Assembly: GCA_018303825.1 (NCBI GenBank)
Contig: JAGVXK010000021.1
Location: 46,694 to 110,693 of the forward strand
DNA from: Candidatus Pacearchaeota archaeon
Lineage (GTDB): Archaea > Nanobdellota > Nanobdellia > Pacearchaeales > GW2011-AR1
Reading direction: 5' to 3'
DNA: 64,000 nt
Under the pieces are notes generated by a model. That model was not told the DNA's origin and did no database searches. It saw nothing but the letters and a program-made list of their open reading frames with translations. This document shows positions 36,780-47,248 of this stretch, one piece after another (position 1 is the stretch's first letter; each line of letters opens with the position of its first letter). The position numbers and the translations under genes are program-made.

Positions 36780-38807
36780 ATGAACAGACTGAAATTTGAT
36801 TCCCAAGGAAAATTAGACGGGTTTAAAGGCGCATATGAAGAAGATATTTTAGGTAATAATGAAAATGGCTTTGAAGCAAAAGAATTGAAAAAATCAGATT
36901 CCCTGACTTTTCTGGAAGATAAAAAAATAGAAAACATATTAGAAAAGGAATACTGGAGTTTATTTGAAGAAAATAAAGAGTTGTTGCCTTTAAAGTTCTC
37001 AAATGGAAAGACACAGGAAGATATTGTAAAGGAGGTAATTGACCTGATTAAGAAAGGAGAAAAAGTGATATTCATTCATGGCGTCTGTGGCACGGGAAAA
37101 AGCGCCATTGCCCTTAACATTGCAAGGGTTTTGGGAAAAACAAGCATAGTTGTTCCTATAAAGGGCCTTCAAAGACAATATGAAGAAGATTATATGGGAA
37201 AGAAATATCTTGTCAAACATGGAAAGAAGATGAAAATAGCAATGATTACAGGAAGAGATAATCATGATTCTATTATTAAACCGGGAAAATCATGCAATGA
37301 CCCTTTTCTTCCAGATACAATACAAATAGTTGAAAAAAACCTTCCTTTATTGGAAGAGTTCTATGAAAACAATCCTTTGATAAAAAATAAAGACCTCTTC
37401 AACATAAAAAAGATGAAAAGAATTGCTATTGCGCCAAGCAATCCCTATTGGAGCCCTATTATTCGGGCAGACATACAAATTCCTTTAGAAGATGCAAAGA
37501 AAAAGAAATACAGAGGATTGAATGGGAAGGATTTCATATTTTATCATAGGAAGAATGGATGCTCCTACTATGACCAATATCAGGCATACCTAGATTCAGA
37601 TATTATCATATTTAATTCTGCAAAATATAAGATAGAAGTTGACTTAGACAGAAAACCAGAAACAGAAGTAGAAATAATAGATGAGGCAGATGAATTTTTA
37701 GACAGTTTTTCAACTCAGCAGGAAATCAATTTGAATAAAACCCTTAATGCACTCAGATACATGAAATTTGACGACATGGAAACTGACAAGATAATAGATT
37801 CAATCATAGAGTTTATCAAATTAGAAGAAAAAAATAAAAGACTTCTTGGAATAGACGAAACTAAAATATACAGGCTAAGAGAGACAAAAATAGGAGACAT
37901 GATAAGAACAATGATAAAATTTCCCGAGATAAGAGTAGAACTGGAGCTTGATGAGGCAAATTACGCAAGAAATCTCATTGAACTAGTAGAAAATTTTAAG
38001 GAATTTTTTGATGAAACATATGTAAGCTTCAGAAAAGACGGGGAAGACCTTATCGCAGGATTAGTGACAACAGAATTGTCAAAAAGGTTTGAAAAACTGA
38101 AGAGCAAAACAAAAGCATTGGTATTTATGTCGGGTACACTTCATAACGAGTCTGTGCTGAAGAATGTATTCGGAGTCAAGAATTATAAAATAGTAGAAGC
38201 AGAAACACTTCATCAGGGAAATATTGAAATAATAAGAACAGGAGAAGAGTTTGACTGCAAATATGCCAACTTTCAATCAAACAAGCATTCAAGAGAGCAA
38301 TATCTTAAGGCATTATTATCTTCTTTAAATAAAGCACAGAAGCCAATACTGATTCATGTCAACGCATATGACGATCTTCCAACAATGCTTGAGAGAGACA
38401 AGTTTGGGCTTATAGGCCTAATGCCAAAAGAAACCTTAATAGAAATACAGCAGGAAGATAAAACAGGCAGATTAATATCAACATTCAAATCAAAGTTGAG
38501 TGATACTTTATTTACAACAAAATGCTCCCGCGGAGTTGACTTTCCAGGAGATGTGTGCAATAGTGTTATTTTCACAAAATACCCAAATCCAAACGTAAGG
38601 GGAGTATTTTGGAAAATCCTAAAAAAAACACATGGATATTATTATTGGGATTTTTATTTTGATAAAGCTAAAAGAGAATTTCTTCAGAAGATATACCGCG
38701 CCTTGAGAAGCAAGGACGACCATGTTTATGTCCTTTCTCCGGATATAAGAGTCATAAATGCGGTCAGAGAGTTGCAGTTGAAAAGATGGAATGGGAAAGG
38801 AGATTAG
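36780..38807 (+). CDS. SF2 DinG/XPD-like helicase
   Basis: GVCGTGKS, IIDEAD, MSGTL, SRGVDFPG, QKIYRALRSKDD. Confidence 0.85.
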   Translation: MNRLKFDSQGKLDGFKGAYEEDILGNNENGFEAKELKKSDSLTFLEDKKIENILEKEYWSLFEENKELLPLKFSNGKTQEDIVKEVIDLIKKGEKVIFIHGVCGTGKSAIALNIARVLGKTSIVVPIKGLQRQYEEDYMGKKYLVKHGKKMKIAMITGRDNHDSIIKPGKSCNDPFLPDTIQIVEKNLPLLEEFYENNPLIKNKDLFNIKKMKRIAIAPSNPYWSPIIRADIQIPLEDAKKKKYRGLNGKDFIFYHRKNGCSYYDQYQAYLDSDIIIFNSAKYKIEVDLDRKPETEVEIIDEADEFLDSFSTQQEINLNKTLNALRYMKFDDMETDKIIDSIIEFIKLEEKNKRLLGIDETKIYRLRETKIGDMIRTMIKFPEIRVELELDEANYARNLIELVENFKEFFDETYVSFRKDGEDLIAGLVTTELSKRFEKLKSKTKALVFMSGTLHNESVLKNVFGVKNYKIVEAETLHQGNIEIIRTGEEFDCKYANFQSNKHSREQYLKALLSSLNKAQKPILIHVNAYDDLPTMLERDKFGLIGLMPKETLIEIQQEDKTGRLISTFKSKLSDTLFTTKCSRGVDFPGDVCNSVIFTKYPNPNVRGVFWKILKKTHGYYYWDFYFDKAKREFLQKIYRALRSKDDHVYVLSPDIRVINAVRELQLKRWNGKGD

Positions 38808-39127
38808 ATAATCTTAAGTTCTTTTAAGGATATATCAACAAGCTTTTCCACAAGTGAGAGATTGATGTTTATGTATCTTTTTGTTATTCTCAGATTTAGC
38901 TCTGATTTTACTCTATTTATTACCTTCTCTCTTATATCTTTAATATCATGAATAGGAAGAACTTTATCTATTGGATTTATCTTTTCTCTATATTTTTTTG
39001 CAATTTCTAAACTATTTTTAACTTTTTTGCCATAGACAGTTGCAATCTCAGGCTTATCTATCGCTTTCTCTAGTATTTTATGGGCAAATACCCATAAGTT
39101 AAGAGAGAAAATAAAAAAAGATATCAT
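38804..39127 (-). CDS. Hypothetical protein, possibly an N-terminally truncated fragment
   Basis: 107-aa ORF starting 35 bp after the serS stop. Confidence 0.45.
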   Translation of the reverse strand: MISFFIFSLNLWVFAHKILEKAIDKPEIATVYGKKVKNSLEIAKKYREKINPIDKVLPIHDIKDIREKVINRVKSELNLRITKRYININLSLVEKLVDISLKELKII

Positions 39128-39161
39128 TGATGCGATTTGGGATAAGATAAGGTTTGAATAA

Positions 39162-40508
39162 TTATTTCTTAGCTTTCTTTTCTTTCTTAATTAGTTTTGA
39201 TTCTTTTTTGTCTGGTTTTTCTGCTTTCTTATCTTGCTTTTGAGTTTTTGCTTTAATTTCCTTAAAACCAGTATAGGGCCAAAGAGCCTTCGGAATCTTT
39301 ATGCTTCCATCTGCTTGCTGATGATTGTCAACAAGACAGACCATTGCTCTTTCCGTTGCAATTGCCGTATTATTAAGTGTATTCACAAATTGCAGTTCAT
39401 TTCCTTTTTGGTATTTTATATTACTTCTTCTTGCCTGATAGTCTGTGCAGTTTGAACAGCTTCCAAGTTCTCTGTATACTTCTTGCGATGGGAACCATCC
39501 TTCAACGTCTATTGTCTTTGTTGCAACTCTGCCTAAGTCTTCTGATGCCAGGCAGACTGTCCTGAATGGAATTTCCAATGCCCTGAATATTTCTATTGTG
39601 TTATCTAATATTAAGTCAAACTCATTCCATGCATCTTCTGGCTTGCAGAATATGAACTGCTCTACTTTTTCAAATTGATGAATTCTAAAAATTCCTTTTG
39701 TGTCTTTTCCGTGCGCTCCTGCTTCTTTTCTAAAGCAAGGAGAAATGCCAGCATATCTTAAAGGAAGAGAATTAGGATTAAGAGTTTCGTTTGAATGATA
39801 GGCATTTATTGCATGTTCAGCTGTACCGATTAAATATAAATCTTCGCCTTCTATTTTATATATCATTTCCTCAAAAGCTGCAAGCGGGATTGCCCCTGCT
39901 AAAATATCTTTTCTAAGCATGTAAGGCGGCTGTATTAAAATGAATCCTTTGCTTTTTAATAAATCGAGGGCAAAACTAATAATTGCAAAATTTAACCTGA
40001 CAAGATCGCCTTTAAGGTAATAAAATCTTGAGCCTGCAACTTCAGATGCCTTCTGCGTGTCTAAAAGATCAAGAGCTATTAAAACATCTGCATGATCTTT
40101 GTGCTTAAATGCTGCCTTTGGAACCTTGCCATATTCTTTCAGTACCTTATTCTTTGAAGCATCCCCGGTAGGTGTCTCCTTTGAAACTATATTGGGTATT
40201 TCTCTCAAAAGAGAATCTCTTTTCTTCTTTGTCTCATTCATTTCCTTTTCCTTATTAGCCAACTGCTGCGGGATAAGTTTCGCTTCTTTCATCAGGGCAT
40301 CAATATTCTTTCCCGCTTTCTTTGCCTCGCTTATTTGTATGGATATCTTGTTTCTTTTTGCTCTTAAAGAATCAACTTCCTCCTTCAAATCTCTCCACTT
40401 CTTGTCCAAATCAAACACCTTATCCACATCCCGCTCGTTCATCCCTCTCCTCTTCTGACTATCTTTTACTAATTCCTTATTCTCCCTTATCAATTTGATA
40501 TCTAACAT
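39162..40508 (-). CDS. serS: Seryl-tRNA synthetase
   Basis: MLDIKLIRE, LIGTAE, CFRKEAG, FRIHQFEKVEQF, SCSNCTDYQARR, TLNNTAIA. Confidence 0.96.
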   Translation of the reverse strand: MLDIKLIRENKELVKDSQKRRGMNERDVDKVFDLDKKWRDLKEEVDSLRAKRNKISIQISEAKKAGKNIDALMKEAKLIPQQLANKEKEMNETKKKRDSLLREIPNIVSKETPTGDASKNKVLKEYGKVPKAAFKHKDHADVLIALDLLDTQKASEVAGSRFYYLKGDLVRLNFAIISFALDLLKSKGFILIQPPYMLRKDILAGAIPLAAFEEMIYKIEGEDLYLIGTAEHAINAYHSNETLNPNSLPLRYAGISPCFRKEAGAHGKDTKGIFRIHQFEKVEQFIFCKPEDAWNEFDLILDNTIEIFRALEIPFRTVCLASEDLGRVATKTIDVEGWFPSQEVYRELGSCSNCTDYQARRSNIKYQKGNELQFVNTLNNTAIATERAMVCLVDNHQQADGSIKIPKALWPYTGFKEIKAKTQKQDKKAEKPDKKESKLIKKEKKAKK

Positions 40509-40858
40509 GTTTCTATGAGAAATATTGTATATTTAAACTATTTTGTTTCCCACTTAATTATATACTAAATAATGCCACGAAAAAGAAAAAAGCAAAGGCT
40601 TTAAAAGATAATTAAACGATTGAATCTAAACCCTTTATTAAACAAACTGGAAAACATTATTAGTTCGTGTTAAAAGATTAAGAACTATCACAAATCGCCC
40701 CTCACTGATCATTGTCGGCGCACTCGATCCCAATGACAGCGCGCCGGCACTTTCATATTTTTTATGTATAACTAATATCCTGATGTTTGCTAAAACAACA
40801 ATGTTATAGACCGCTACGTTATATTAGATAACACTACCTTATATTTTCTGCAGGATGT

Positions 40859-42559
40859 TTAATTATAAGTAGAATTATCTTTTGCTGATTTGAGCTCTTT
40901 ATAATGGTCTTTTCCTGCAGACTTATACTTTTCCTTTGCTGTCCCAAAGGCTTGTATAATAGTCGAAACAAAACTCCCTCCAAGATGATGTGGCACAATA
41001 ACATAATCTACCCCTTGTTCATACAAATCCATTGCCTGCCTTGGCTGCTCTGCAGTTGCAATAAATGTTGCCTTCGCCTTCAACTCTTTCAGCTTATCTC
41101 TAAGGGTAATATTTGCTTCTTCCTGTGGAATAGTGGAAATTATTATTTTTGCCTTATTCAATGGAAGTTCGGATAAAAAGTCTGAATCTGCGGCATCGCC
41201 ATATATGCAGTTAACCCCTACCTTTTCCAAAGATAGAATAACTCTTGGATTATAATCGACAACTAGGAAATTAGCATTCTGCTTTCTTAATGTTTGCAAT
41301 ATTTTGTATCCTATTCTATGGTAGCCAAACAAAATTATATCATAACTTTTATCTTTCTTCTTTTCAATTTTTCTTGTTTTGTTTTTTTCAAATATATCCA
41401 AGAACCTGGATAGTTTGTTGAATATTGAGTGGGAATAATGTATGCTGTAGCTGCTTATTCCTATGGTTATTAAAGAAATTAAAACTGCAAGATTCATGAA
41501 ATCCTGATTTAGCTGTCCAAGATTATATCCTACTAGAATTAAAACCAGGGAAAACTCCGATATTTGAGCCAGGGAAGAGCCGGTAAGGAAAGTTGTTCTT
41601 TTCTTATAGCCAAAGAACCTTACAAAAGACATTACAATAAGCGGTTTGCATAGCAATATAAAAAGAGAAAATATAATTGCATCTCTAATTATGTTAAAAG
41701 TTACCGGGCCCATTAATTGACTTCCGAAGAATACGAACAACAAAACAACAAAGAAATCTCTTAATGGTTTTATCTTTCCTCCAAGCTCAAGAGTATATTT
41801 TGAAGAAGCCAAAGACATTCCAGCTATCAATGCCCCTATCTCCATTGACAATCCAAAAATGTGGAATATGCTTGCAAGAATAAAAGCCCAGCCAATGCCG
41901 AATAAGAACAAGGTCTCCTGATGCCTTGCAAGATAAAAAATTAATTTATTTACCACGAATACAGAAAGAATAAATATTGCGAAAATTAAAAACACAATTT
42001 TTCCTATTCCTAAAAAGATGGTTTCTGGATGCCCTGACTGCAATATTGGAATCAGCATTAAAACTAATGCCGCCACGAAATCTTCGATAATCAAGATTCC
42101 CAAAGCAATCCTTCCATGTAGTGTATCTATTTCCTTTTTGTCAGATAAAATCTTTACAACCACAACAGTAGAAGAAAAAGCAAGAGCCGCTGCAAGATAC
42201 AATGCAGGAGTGAACTTCAAGCCAAGAAGCAAGGAAATTAAAAATCCTAGAACTGCAGTAACCATAATTTCTCCTAGTCCGGCAAGAGAAGCAACCTTTC
42301 CAAACTCCTTCAAAACTCTTAAATCTAAACTAAGTCCGACAATAAATAACAATAATGCCACGCCCATTCTTGCAAAAACCTGCAAGAATTCTGCAGAACT
42401 CGTTCCAGGACCGACAAGAGCAAGAGCAATCGGGCCGACTAATACTCCAGAAATCAAATAAGCAATTATCGGAGGCTGTTTAATGGCTCTTGCAATGACA
42501 GTAAGAATGGCAGCAATGCCTATGATTATTCCAATAGATATTATTATTTCAACCTGCAT
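40859..42559 (-). CDS. CPA2/Kef-type cation:proton antiporter with RCK (TrkA-N) domain
   Basis: About 12 TM helices, FSSTVVVVK, LIIEDF, QISEFS; GYHRIG..VVDYNP..YGDA. Confidence 0.9.
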   Translation of the reverse strand: MQVEIIISIGIIIGIAAILTVIARAIKQPPIIAYLISGVLVGPIALALVGPGTSSAEFLQVFARMGVALLLFIVGLSLDLRVLKEFGKVASLAGLGEIMVTAVLGFLISLLLGLKFTPALYLAAALAFSSTVVVVKILSDKKEIDTLHGRIALGILIIEDFVAALVLMLIPILQSGHPETIFLGIGKIVFLIFAIFILSVFVVNKLIFYLARHQETLFLFGIGWAFILASIFHIFGLSMEIGALIAGMSLASSKYTLELGGKIKPLRDFFVVLLFVFFGSQLMGPVTFNIIRDAIIFSLFILLCKPLIVMSFVRFFGYKKRTTFLTGSSLAQISEFSLVLILVGYNLGQLNQDFMNLAVLISLITIGISSYSIHYSHSIFNKLSRFLDIFEKNKTRKIEKKKDKSYDIILFGYHRIGYKILQTLRKQNANFLVVDYNPRVILSLEKVGVNCIYGDAADSDFLSELPLNKAKIIISTIPQEEANITLRDKLKELKAKATFIATAEQPRQAMDLYEQGVDYVIVPHHLGGSFVSTIIQAFGTAKEKYKSAGKDHYKELKSAKDNSTYN

Positions 42560-42762
42560 TTTTTCCCCTTTTCATTAGACTATGGTAACAAGGATAGTTT
42601 AAATTAGTTTTGATGAACCTTTTCATAGTACTCCAGAAAACACGGATGGGATTGACACTTCAGGTTATGATGGTTGGTTAAACCCTTATAGTTAGAAACA
42701 AACTACTTCCAGTTATTAAAAGACAGATTTAAATATCTTAACGATGAATGTGAATTATCATA

Positions 42763-42817
42763 TTCATCCCGCTTCGGCTGGGATGAAGGGGCCCGAAGCA
42801 CGCGGCGCCGAGGGCCC
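42763..42817 (+). ncRNA. Candidate structured RNA leader (two GC-rich hairpins)
   Basis: TTCATCCC-GC(TTCG)GC-T-GGGATGAA and GGGCCC...GGGCCC stems, about 30 nt downstream of TTTAAATA at 42728-42735. Confidence 0.4.
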
Positions 42818-42850
42818 ACTCATACTAATCCAGTCACACCATATGCCAAC

Positions 42851-43168
42851 ATGTTAACCCCGACACATCTTACATTCAGCCTTATTCTCTATGGCATTCT
42901 GGCAAAGTTGGGGATAGTTGCTCTTTCCCCCTATTATCTGACAATTCTGTTTTCAGCGGAGCTTATAGACTTAGACCATTTGTTTTCAAGGCCAATATAT
43001 GCAAGGAAAAGAAATCCCTTCAAAATACATTTTTTCCACAAAAATTGGATTTTTATTCTTATAGTTGCAGCCACCATTATATTCATTAAACCATTTTTTC
43101 TCCTCGGGCTTGGATTGGAATTGCATCTTTTAATGGATTTTATTTATGTAAAAATGAATAAATTATAG
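42851..43168 (+). CDS. Membrane metal-dependent hydrolase-like protein (YdjM/DUF6122-like)
   Basis: THL..., IDLDHL, HFFH, HLLMDF. Confidence 0.65.
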   Translation: MLTPTHLTFSLILYGILAKLGIVALSPYYLTILFSAELIDLDHLFSRPIYARKRNPFKIHFFHKNWIFILIVAATIIFIKPFFLLGLGLELHLLMDFIYVKMNKL

Positions 43169-43346
43169 GTATGATAAGCGATAAGACGCCAAAGAACAAA
43201 CCCCTTGTCTTCACAGCTACTAATCATCATTGAACACAACCAATTATCTAATTAAGCTAAGTTTTAAAATGACCTTTGGGAAAGCCTAGGGAAAGTTAAG
43301 GTTTCGTGACTGAAAGGTTTAAAAATGACTTTCCTTTCAGTTTAGA

Positions 43347-43655
43347 ATGGCAAAGGTAAGAATAAAATTAAGCAGCATCGATATAGGTTCCTTAAACAAG
43401 GTTATAGATTCTATAAAAGAAATTACAGCAAGGTCTGGAGTTCTTATGAGGGGGCCAATACCCTTGCCGACAAAAAGACTCAAAGTAACAACAAGAAAAT
43501 CGCCTTGTGGAAACGGAACAGCTACATTTGACAGGTTTGAAATGCGTGTCCACAGAAGAATTCTTGACATTCCGGCTGAAGACAGAATTCTGCATCCTAT
43601 CATGAAGCTCAAAATTCCAAGACCTGTCCAGATTAAGATTGAGATGAAGGATTAG
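43347..43655 (+). CDS. rpsJ: 30S ribosomal protein uS10
   Basis: GPIPLPTK, TTRKSPCGNG, FEMRVHRRILD. Confidence 0.96.
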   Translation: MAKVRIKLSSIDIGSLNKVIDSIKEITARSGVLMRGPIPLPTKRLKVTTRKSPCGNGTATFDRFEMRVHRRILDIPAEDRILHPIMKLKIPRPVQIKIEMKD

Positions 43656-43663
43656 TTATTCCT

Positions 43664-44149
43664 TTACTTATTTTCTAAGTTTTGGAAAGTAAATACTTCA
43701 CTCGCAAGATACCTTCCGAACCCGTTCGATACACTTCTGCCACTAAATAAACCATTTATCATTCTCAATGTAGCATTATTTATCGCAAGGCTTGTTTGTG
43801 TTTTGGGAGAACTTTCATATGCAGAAATTCCCATTCCCAACCTAAACAAATCAATAGAGTATCCTAAACGCCTCAAACTAAAACTGCCGCCAATATCGTC
43901 CCTTTTTCTCTGAATAATATTATAAATCTTTCTTAATCTTGGAAGTTTAATCCTCGAATCCAAATCAGCCAAATGCGCCCTAAGTCCGCCCCTTGAATTT
44001 TTAACAAAATCTTCATCCAAAAAACACTGCCCCAACAATATATATTTATCTGTAACCGTTTCATCTGTTAAAAATTTTGTTCTGGAATGATATCCAAGAC
44101 CATTTGTAACAACATTCTCAATCTTTCTTTGTATTTCTGTTTTTTCCAT
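43664..44149 (-). CDS. Hypothetical protein
   Basis: 161-aa ORFan-like sequence. Confidence 0.55.
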   Translation of the reverse strand: MEKTEIQRKIENVVTNGLGYHSRTKFLTDETVTDKYILLGQCFLDEDFVKNSRGGLRAHLADLDSRIKLPRLRKIYNIIQRKRDDIGGSFSLRRLGYSIDLFRLGMGISAYESSPKTQTSLAINNATLRMINGLFSGRSVSNGFGRYLASEVFTFQNLENK

Positions 44150-44226
44150 AAATATGTTTATTGCGAGTCAATTTAAACTTAACTATTCTCTACTATAATA
44201 TATATTGCAGACTGCCTCTTTTTATT

Positions 44227-44874
44227 TTAAGTTCCCAATACTCCAGAATCAAGAACATCTATAAGGTTATTGAAAATTTTTTCCTTTGGCATCACCTTTT
44301 CCAAAAGCTCTCTTGGGTGATATCCTCGGCATAAAGCAAATCCCTGAACTTCTGCCCTTTGCGCAGCTTCCATGTCAAATGTAGTATCTCCTATGTAAAC
44401 AGTTCTTTCATTTTCTACTGCCAATTCATTCAATACTTCTCCTATTACTTTAGCCTTATCATAAACACCGCCTCTCATAATTGTAAAAAAATCGTCGAAG
44501 CCATAATATTCAGCCTCTCTAAGAACAAATTTCTCAGGATGACTGCTTACGACAGCTATTAACTTATTTTTACTGCTTAAATCTTCAAGAAATTCAGAAG
44601 CATCATCATAGGCTTTTGGAGCTACTCCTTGCCTTTTAACATATTCAAAAAACTGGCAAAAGTCATTAATAACAGCGTCATTTTTAAAGTCTTTTTCCTG
44701 CTCCTTGTAGTATTCAAATATTGATTTCGAAGAATTTCTTATAAATTGCTCAAATTCTATTGCGGGCAACCCATATTTCATAAGCATAAGATTATTTGTT
44801 CTCCAAACAGGAAGCAAATCATCGCTTATAGTTCCACTCCAGTCGCAGATAATCAAATCATTTCGCATTGACAC
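44227..44874 (-). CDS. HAD-family hydrolase
   Basis: IICDWSGTISD, VVSS, YIGDTTFD. Confidence 0.85.
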   Translation of the reverse strand: MSMRNDLIICDWSGTISDDLLPVWRTNNLMLMKYGLPAIEFEQFIRNSSKSIFEYYKEQEKDFKNDAVINDFCQFFEYVKRQGVAPKAYDDASEFLEDLSSKNKLIAVVSSHPEKFVLREAEYYGFDDFFTIMRGGVYDKAKVIGEVLNELAVENERTVYIGDTTFDMEAAQRAEVQGFALCRGYHPRELLEKVMPKEKIFNNLIDVLDSGVLGT

Positions 44875-44918
44875 TGTAGCCAGGATAGGTTTTTAAACAA
44901 TTATATTCTAGAAAAGAA

Positions 44919-45545
44919 ATGTCAAGAGAAATACTCGTTGTCAAAAAAGAAAAATTATTTGAAAAAAAGAATTTCCTTGGTTTCCTGCCGTTAGAAGAAG
45001 CAAACTTTATAGATATTATAAACAAAAATCATGAGTTCAAAGAGAGAAATGACGATTTAGAAAACAATCCAGATTATATCCAGGCAGTTCCATATGTCTG
45101 GCTTATCAATGAAAGGGAAAAGAAGGTATTTCTTTATCAAAGAGCCCTAAGCAAAGGAGATTATAAAGAAAAAAGACATCTGAACAAGTATTCAGGAGGC
45201 ATAGGAGGACATATTGATAAGGATACAGAAGAAAAATCCCTTAATCCCCTAAGAGATGCGATGATAAGAGAGATGCGGGAAGAAACAGTCATGCAAAACT
45301 ATCCAAATCCTGAATGCCTTGGATATATTTATGTTGATTACTCTGTATTTGATAAAGTTCATCTCGGAGTTATAGCCATTGCAAAAACAGATGAAAAAGT
45401 TCGATGCGGTGATGGAATGGCTCATGGGGATTTTTACTCAATTGAGGAAGCTGAAGAAATACTAAAAAACCCTGAAAACGAAGTTGAAAACTGGACAAAA
45501 GTAAGCTGGCCCCACATCAAAAACTACCTGCAGTCTATGAATTGA
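44919..45545 (+). CDS. NUDIX-fold phosphoesterase
   Basis: IQAVPYV, SGGIGGHID, REMREE, VHLG. Confidence 0.85.
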   Translation: MSREILVVKKEKLFEKKNFLGFLPLEEANFIDIINKNHEFKERNDDLENNPDYIQAVPYVWLINEREKKVFLYQRALSKGDYKEKRHLNKYSGGIGGHIDKDTEEKSLNPLRDAMIREMREETVMQNYPNPECLGYIYVDYSVFDKVHLGVIAIAKTDEKVRCGDGMAHGDFYSIEEAEEILKNPENEVENWTKVSWPHIKNYLQSMN

Positions 45546-45601
45546 TATTTTGCAGGATATAATTATTTATAAACTCCATTTCAACTCTATTCAAATAAAA
45601 G

Positions 45602-46693
45602 ATGGAAGACTATTTACAAATGCTAAAATATCTCCTCGTGAATGGAGACAGACAATTCAATGACCGAACAGAGCAATACATGATTGGCAGAAACAGCTAT
45701 CAGTTAAGACATGATTTAAGAAATGGCTTTCCCGCCTTGACAACAAAAAGACTATTTTTCAACAGTTCTGCCGAAGAAATGTTCTGGATAATGGCTGGCA
45801 AAAGAGATGTAAAAACCCTGGTAGACAAAAATGTGCCAATCTGGAATGATAATGCATATGATTTTTACTTAAAAAGACATCAGCTTAAAGGAAAAATAAA
45901 AAAGAACACCAAAGAATTGGAGGAAGGATTTGCAGAATACATGGAAAAAATAAAATCAGATCCTGAATTTGCGCGAGTTGAAGGAGATATGGGTCCAATC
46001 TATGGCTTTCAATTGAGGCACAAGCAAAGAAGAGATGGAGGAGAAATAGACCAACTTCAAAATGTTTTGTCTATTTTAAGAAAGGATCCTGGCTCCAGAT
46101 ACGCAATCATGGATGCCTGGGATGTTGAAGATGTTACAACGGAAAGAATGGCTCTCGCGCCTTGCCATTTTTGGTATCAGTTTGCTGTCTGGGAAAACAA
46201 ATTCCTTGATTTACATATGGTGCAAAGATCCTGCGATTCCTTCCTCGGGGTGCCATTTAATAGGTCTGGACCGGCAATCTTGGCACATTTAGTTGCAAAA
46301 GAGCTTGGATTGATTCCAAGAGAGTCCGGACACACTTTAATTAATGTCCATATATACAATGGAGTTCCACCAAGAGCAGATTTTCTTAAAAACAATGAAA
46401 ATTTGAAAGAATTCAGAAATAAAGTAAGAGAAGCGACAAAGCCTGAAGATTATATGCAGATAAGACAATGGTACATAAACAAAGCTCCAGAAGAGGGCAA
46501 ACTTCATGAAAGAAAAGACCACATACCTTTTGTTTTGGAGCAATTATCAAAAACGCCTTTAGAATTGCCAAGACTAAAAATAAAATCTGACCTTCCATTG
46601 TTTGAAATGATAGAAAGACCTGCCCTAGAAGTCTTGGAGCTGGAAGACTACAAATATCATAAATGGGACTCTAGAGCAAGAATGGCAGCATAA
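45602..46693 (+). CDS. thyA: Thymidylate synthase (ThyA type)
   Basis: FPALTTK, GPIYGFQLR, MALAPCH, QRSCDSFLGVPFN, HIY. Confidence 0.95.
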   Translation: MEDYLQMLKYLLVNGDRQFNDRTEQYMIGRNSYQLRHDLRNGFPALTTKRLFFNSSAEEMFWIMAGKRDVKTLVDKNVPIWNDNAYDFYLKRHQLKGKIKKNTKELEEGFAEYMEKIKSDPEFARVEGDMGPIYGFQLRHKQRRDGGEIDQLQNVLSILRKDPGSRYAIMDAWDVEDVTTERMALAPCHFWYQFAVWENKFLDLHMVQRSCDSFLGVPFNRSGPAILAHLVAKELGLIPRESGHTLINVHIYNGVPPRADFLKNNENLKEFRNKVREATKPEDYMQIRQWYINKAPEEGKLHERKDHIPFVLEQLSKTPLELPRLKIKSDLPLFEMIERPALEVLELEDYKYHKWDSRARMAA

Positions 46694-46694
46694 A

Positions 46695-47186
46695 ATGTCA
46701 GAAAATCAAAACAATCTTGTTCTCATTGCTGCGCTTGCAAAAAATAATGTTATTGGCAATGAAGGCAAAGTCCCTTGGCATATATCTGAAGACTTGCAGA
46801 GATTCAAAAAATTAACAATTGGTTATTGTCTGATAATGGGAAGAAAAACCTATGAATCATTAGACAAACCATTGGAAAATAGAAAAATCATTGTTATTTC
46901 CAAATCTGGATTCGATTCAAAAAACGCCGAAATATGCAATTCACTGGAAAACGCAGTTCTAAGAGCAAGGAGCTATGACAAGGAAGATATTTATGTTGGA
47001 GGAGGAGGAGAGATTTATTCCCAAACAATTAGTCTTGCCTCGAGGTTGGAAATAACTTACGTTGGTCTTGAAGTAAAAGGAGACACAAAGTTTCCAGACA
47101 TAGACACAAAGATATGGAAGCTGGATTGGAGAGAAGTCCATCTATATAAAAATTTGGTTTTCGCTACTTATTCCAGAAGAAAGTAG
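46695..47186 (+). CDS. folA: Dihydrofolate reductase
   Basis: LIAALAKNNVIG..VPW..EDLQRFK, IMGRKTYES, YVGGGGEIY, GDTKFP. Confidence 0.95.
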   Translation: MSENQNNLVLIAALAKNNVIGNEGKVPWHISEDLQRFKKLTIGYCLIMGRKTYESLDKPLENRKIIVISKSGFDSKNAEICNSLENAVLRARSYDKEDIYVGGGGEIYSQTISLASRLEITYVGLEVKGDTKFPDIDTKIWKLDWREVHLYKNLVFATYSRRK

Positions 47187-47248
47187 ATTGTCTAAAATAT
47201 TCTTTGCAGCATATAAATCATTTATAAGTCTCTTTTCTAAAATAATCT

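Noticed and set aside
42812-42818. GGGCCCA as a second att copy of the tRNA-Trp 3' end
   Set aside because: Only 7 bp, expected by chance, and no integrase is associated; similarly short matches for tRNA-Ser were ignored
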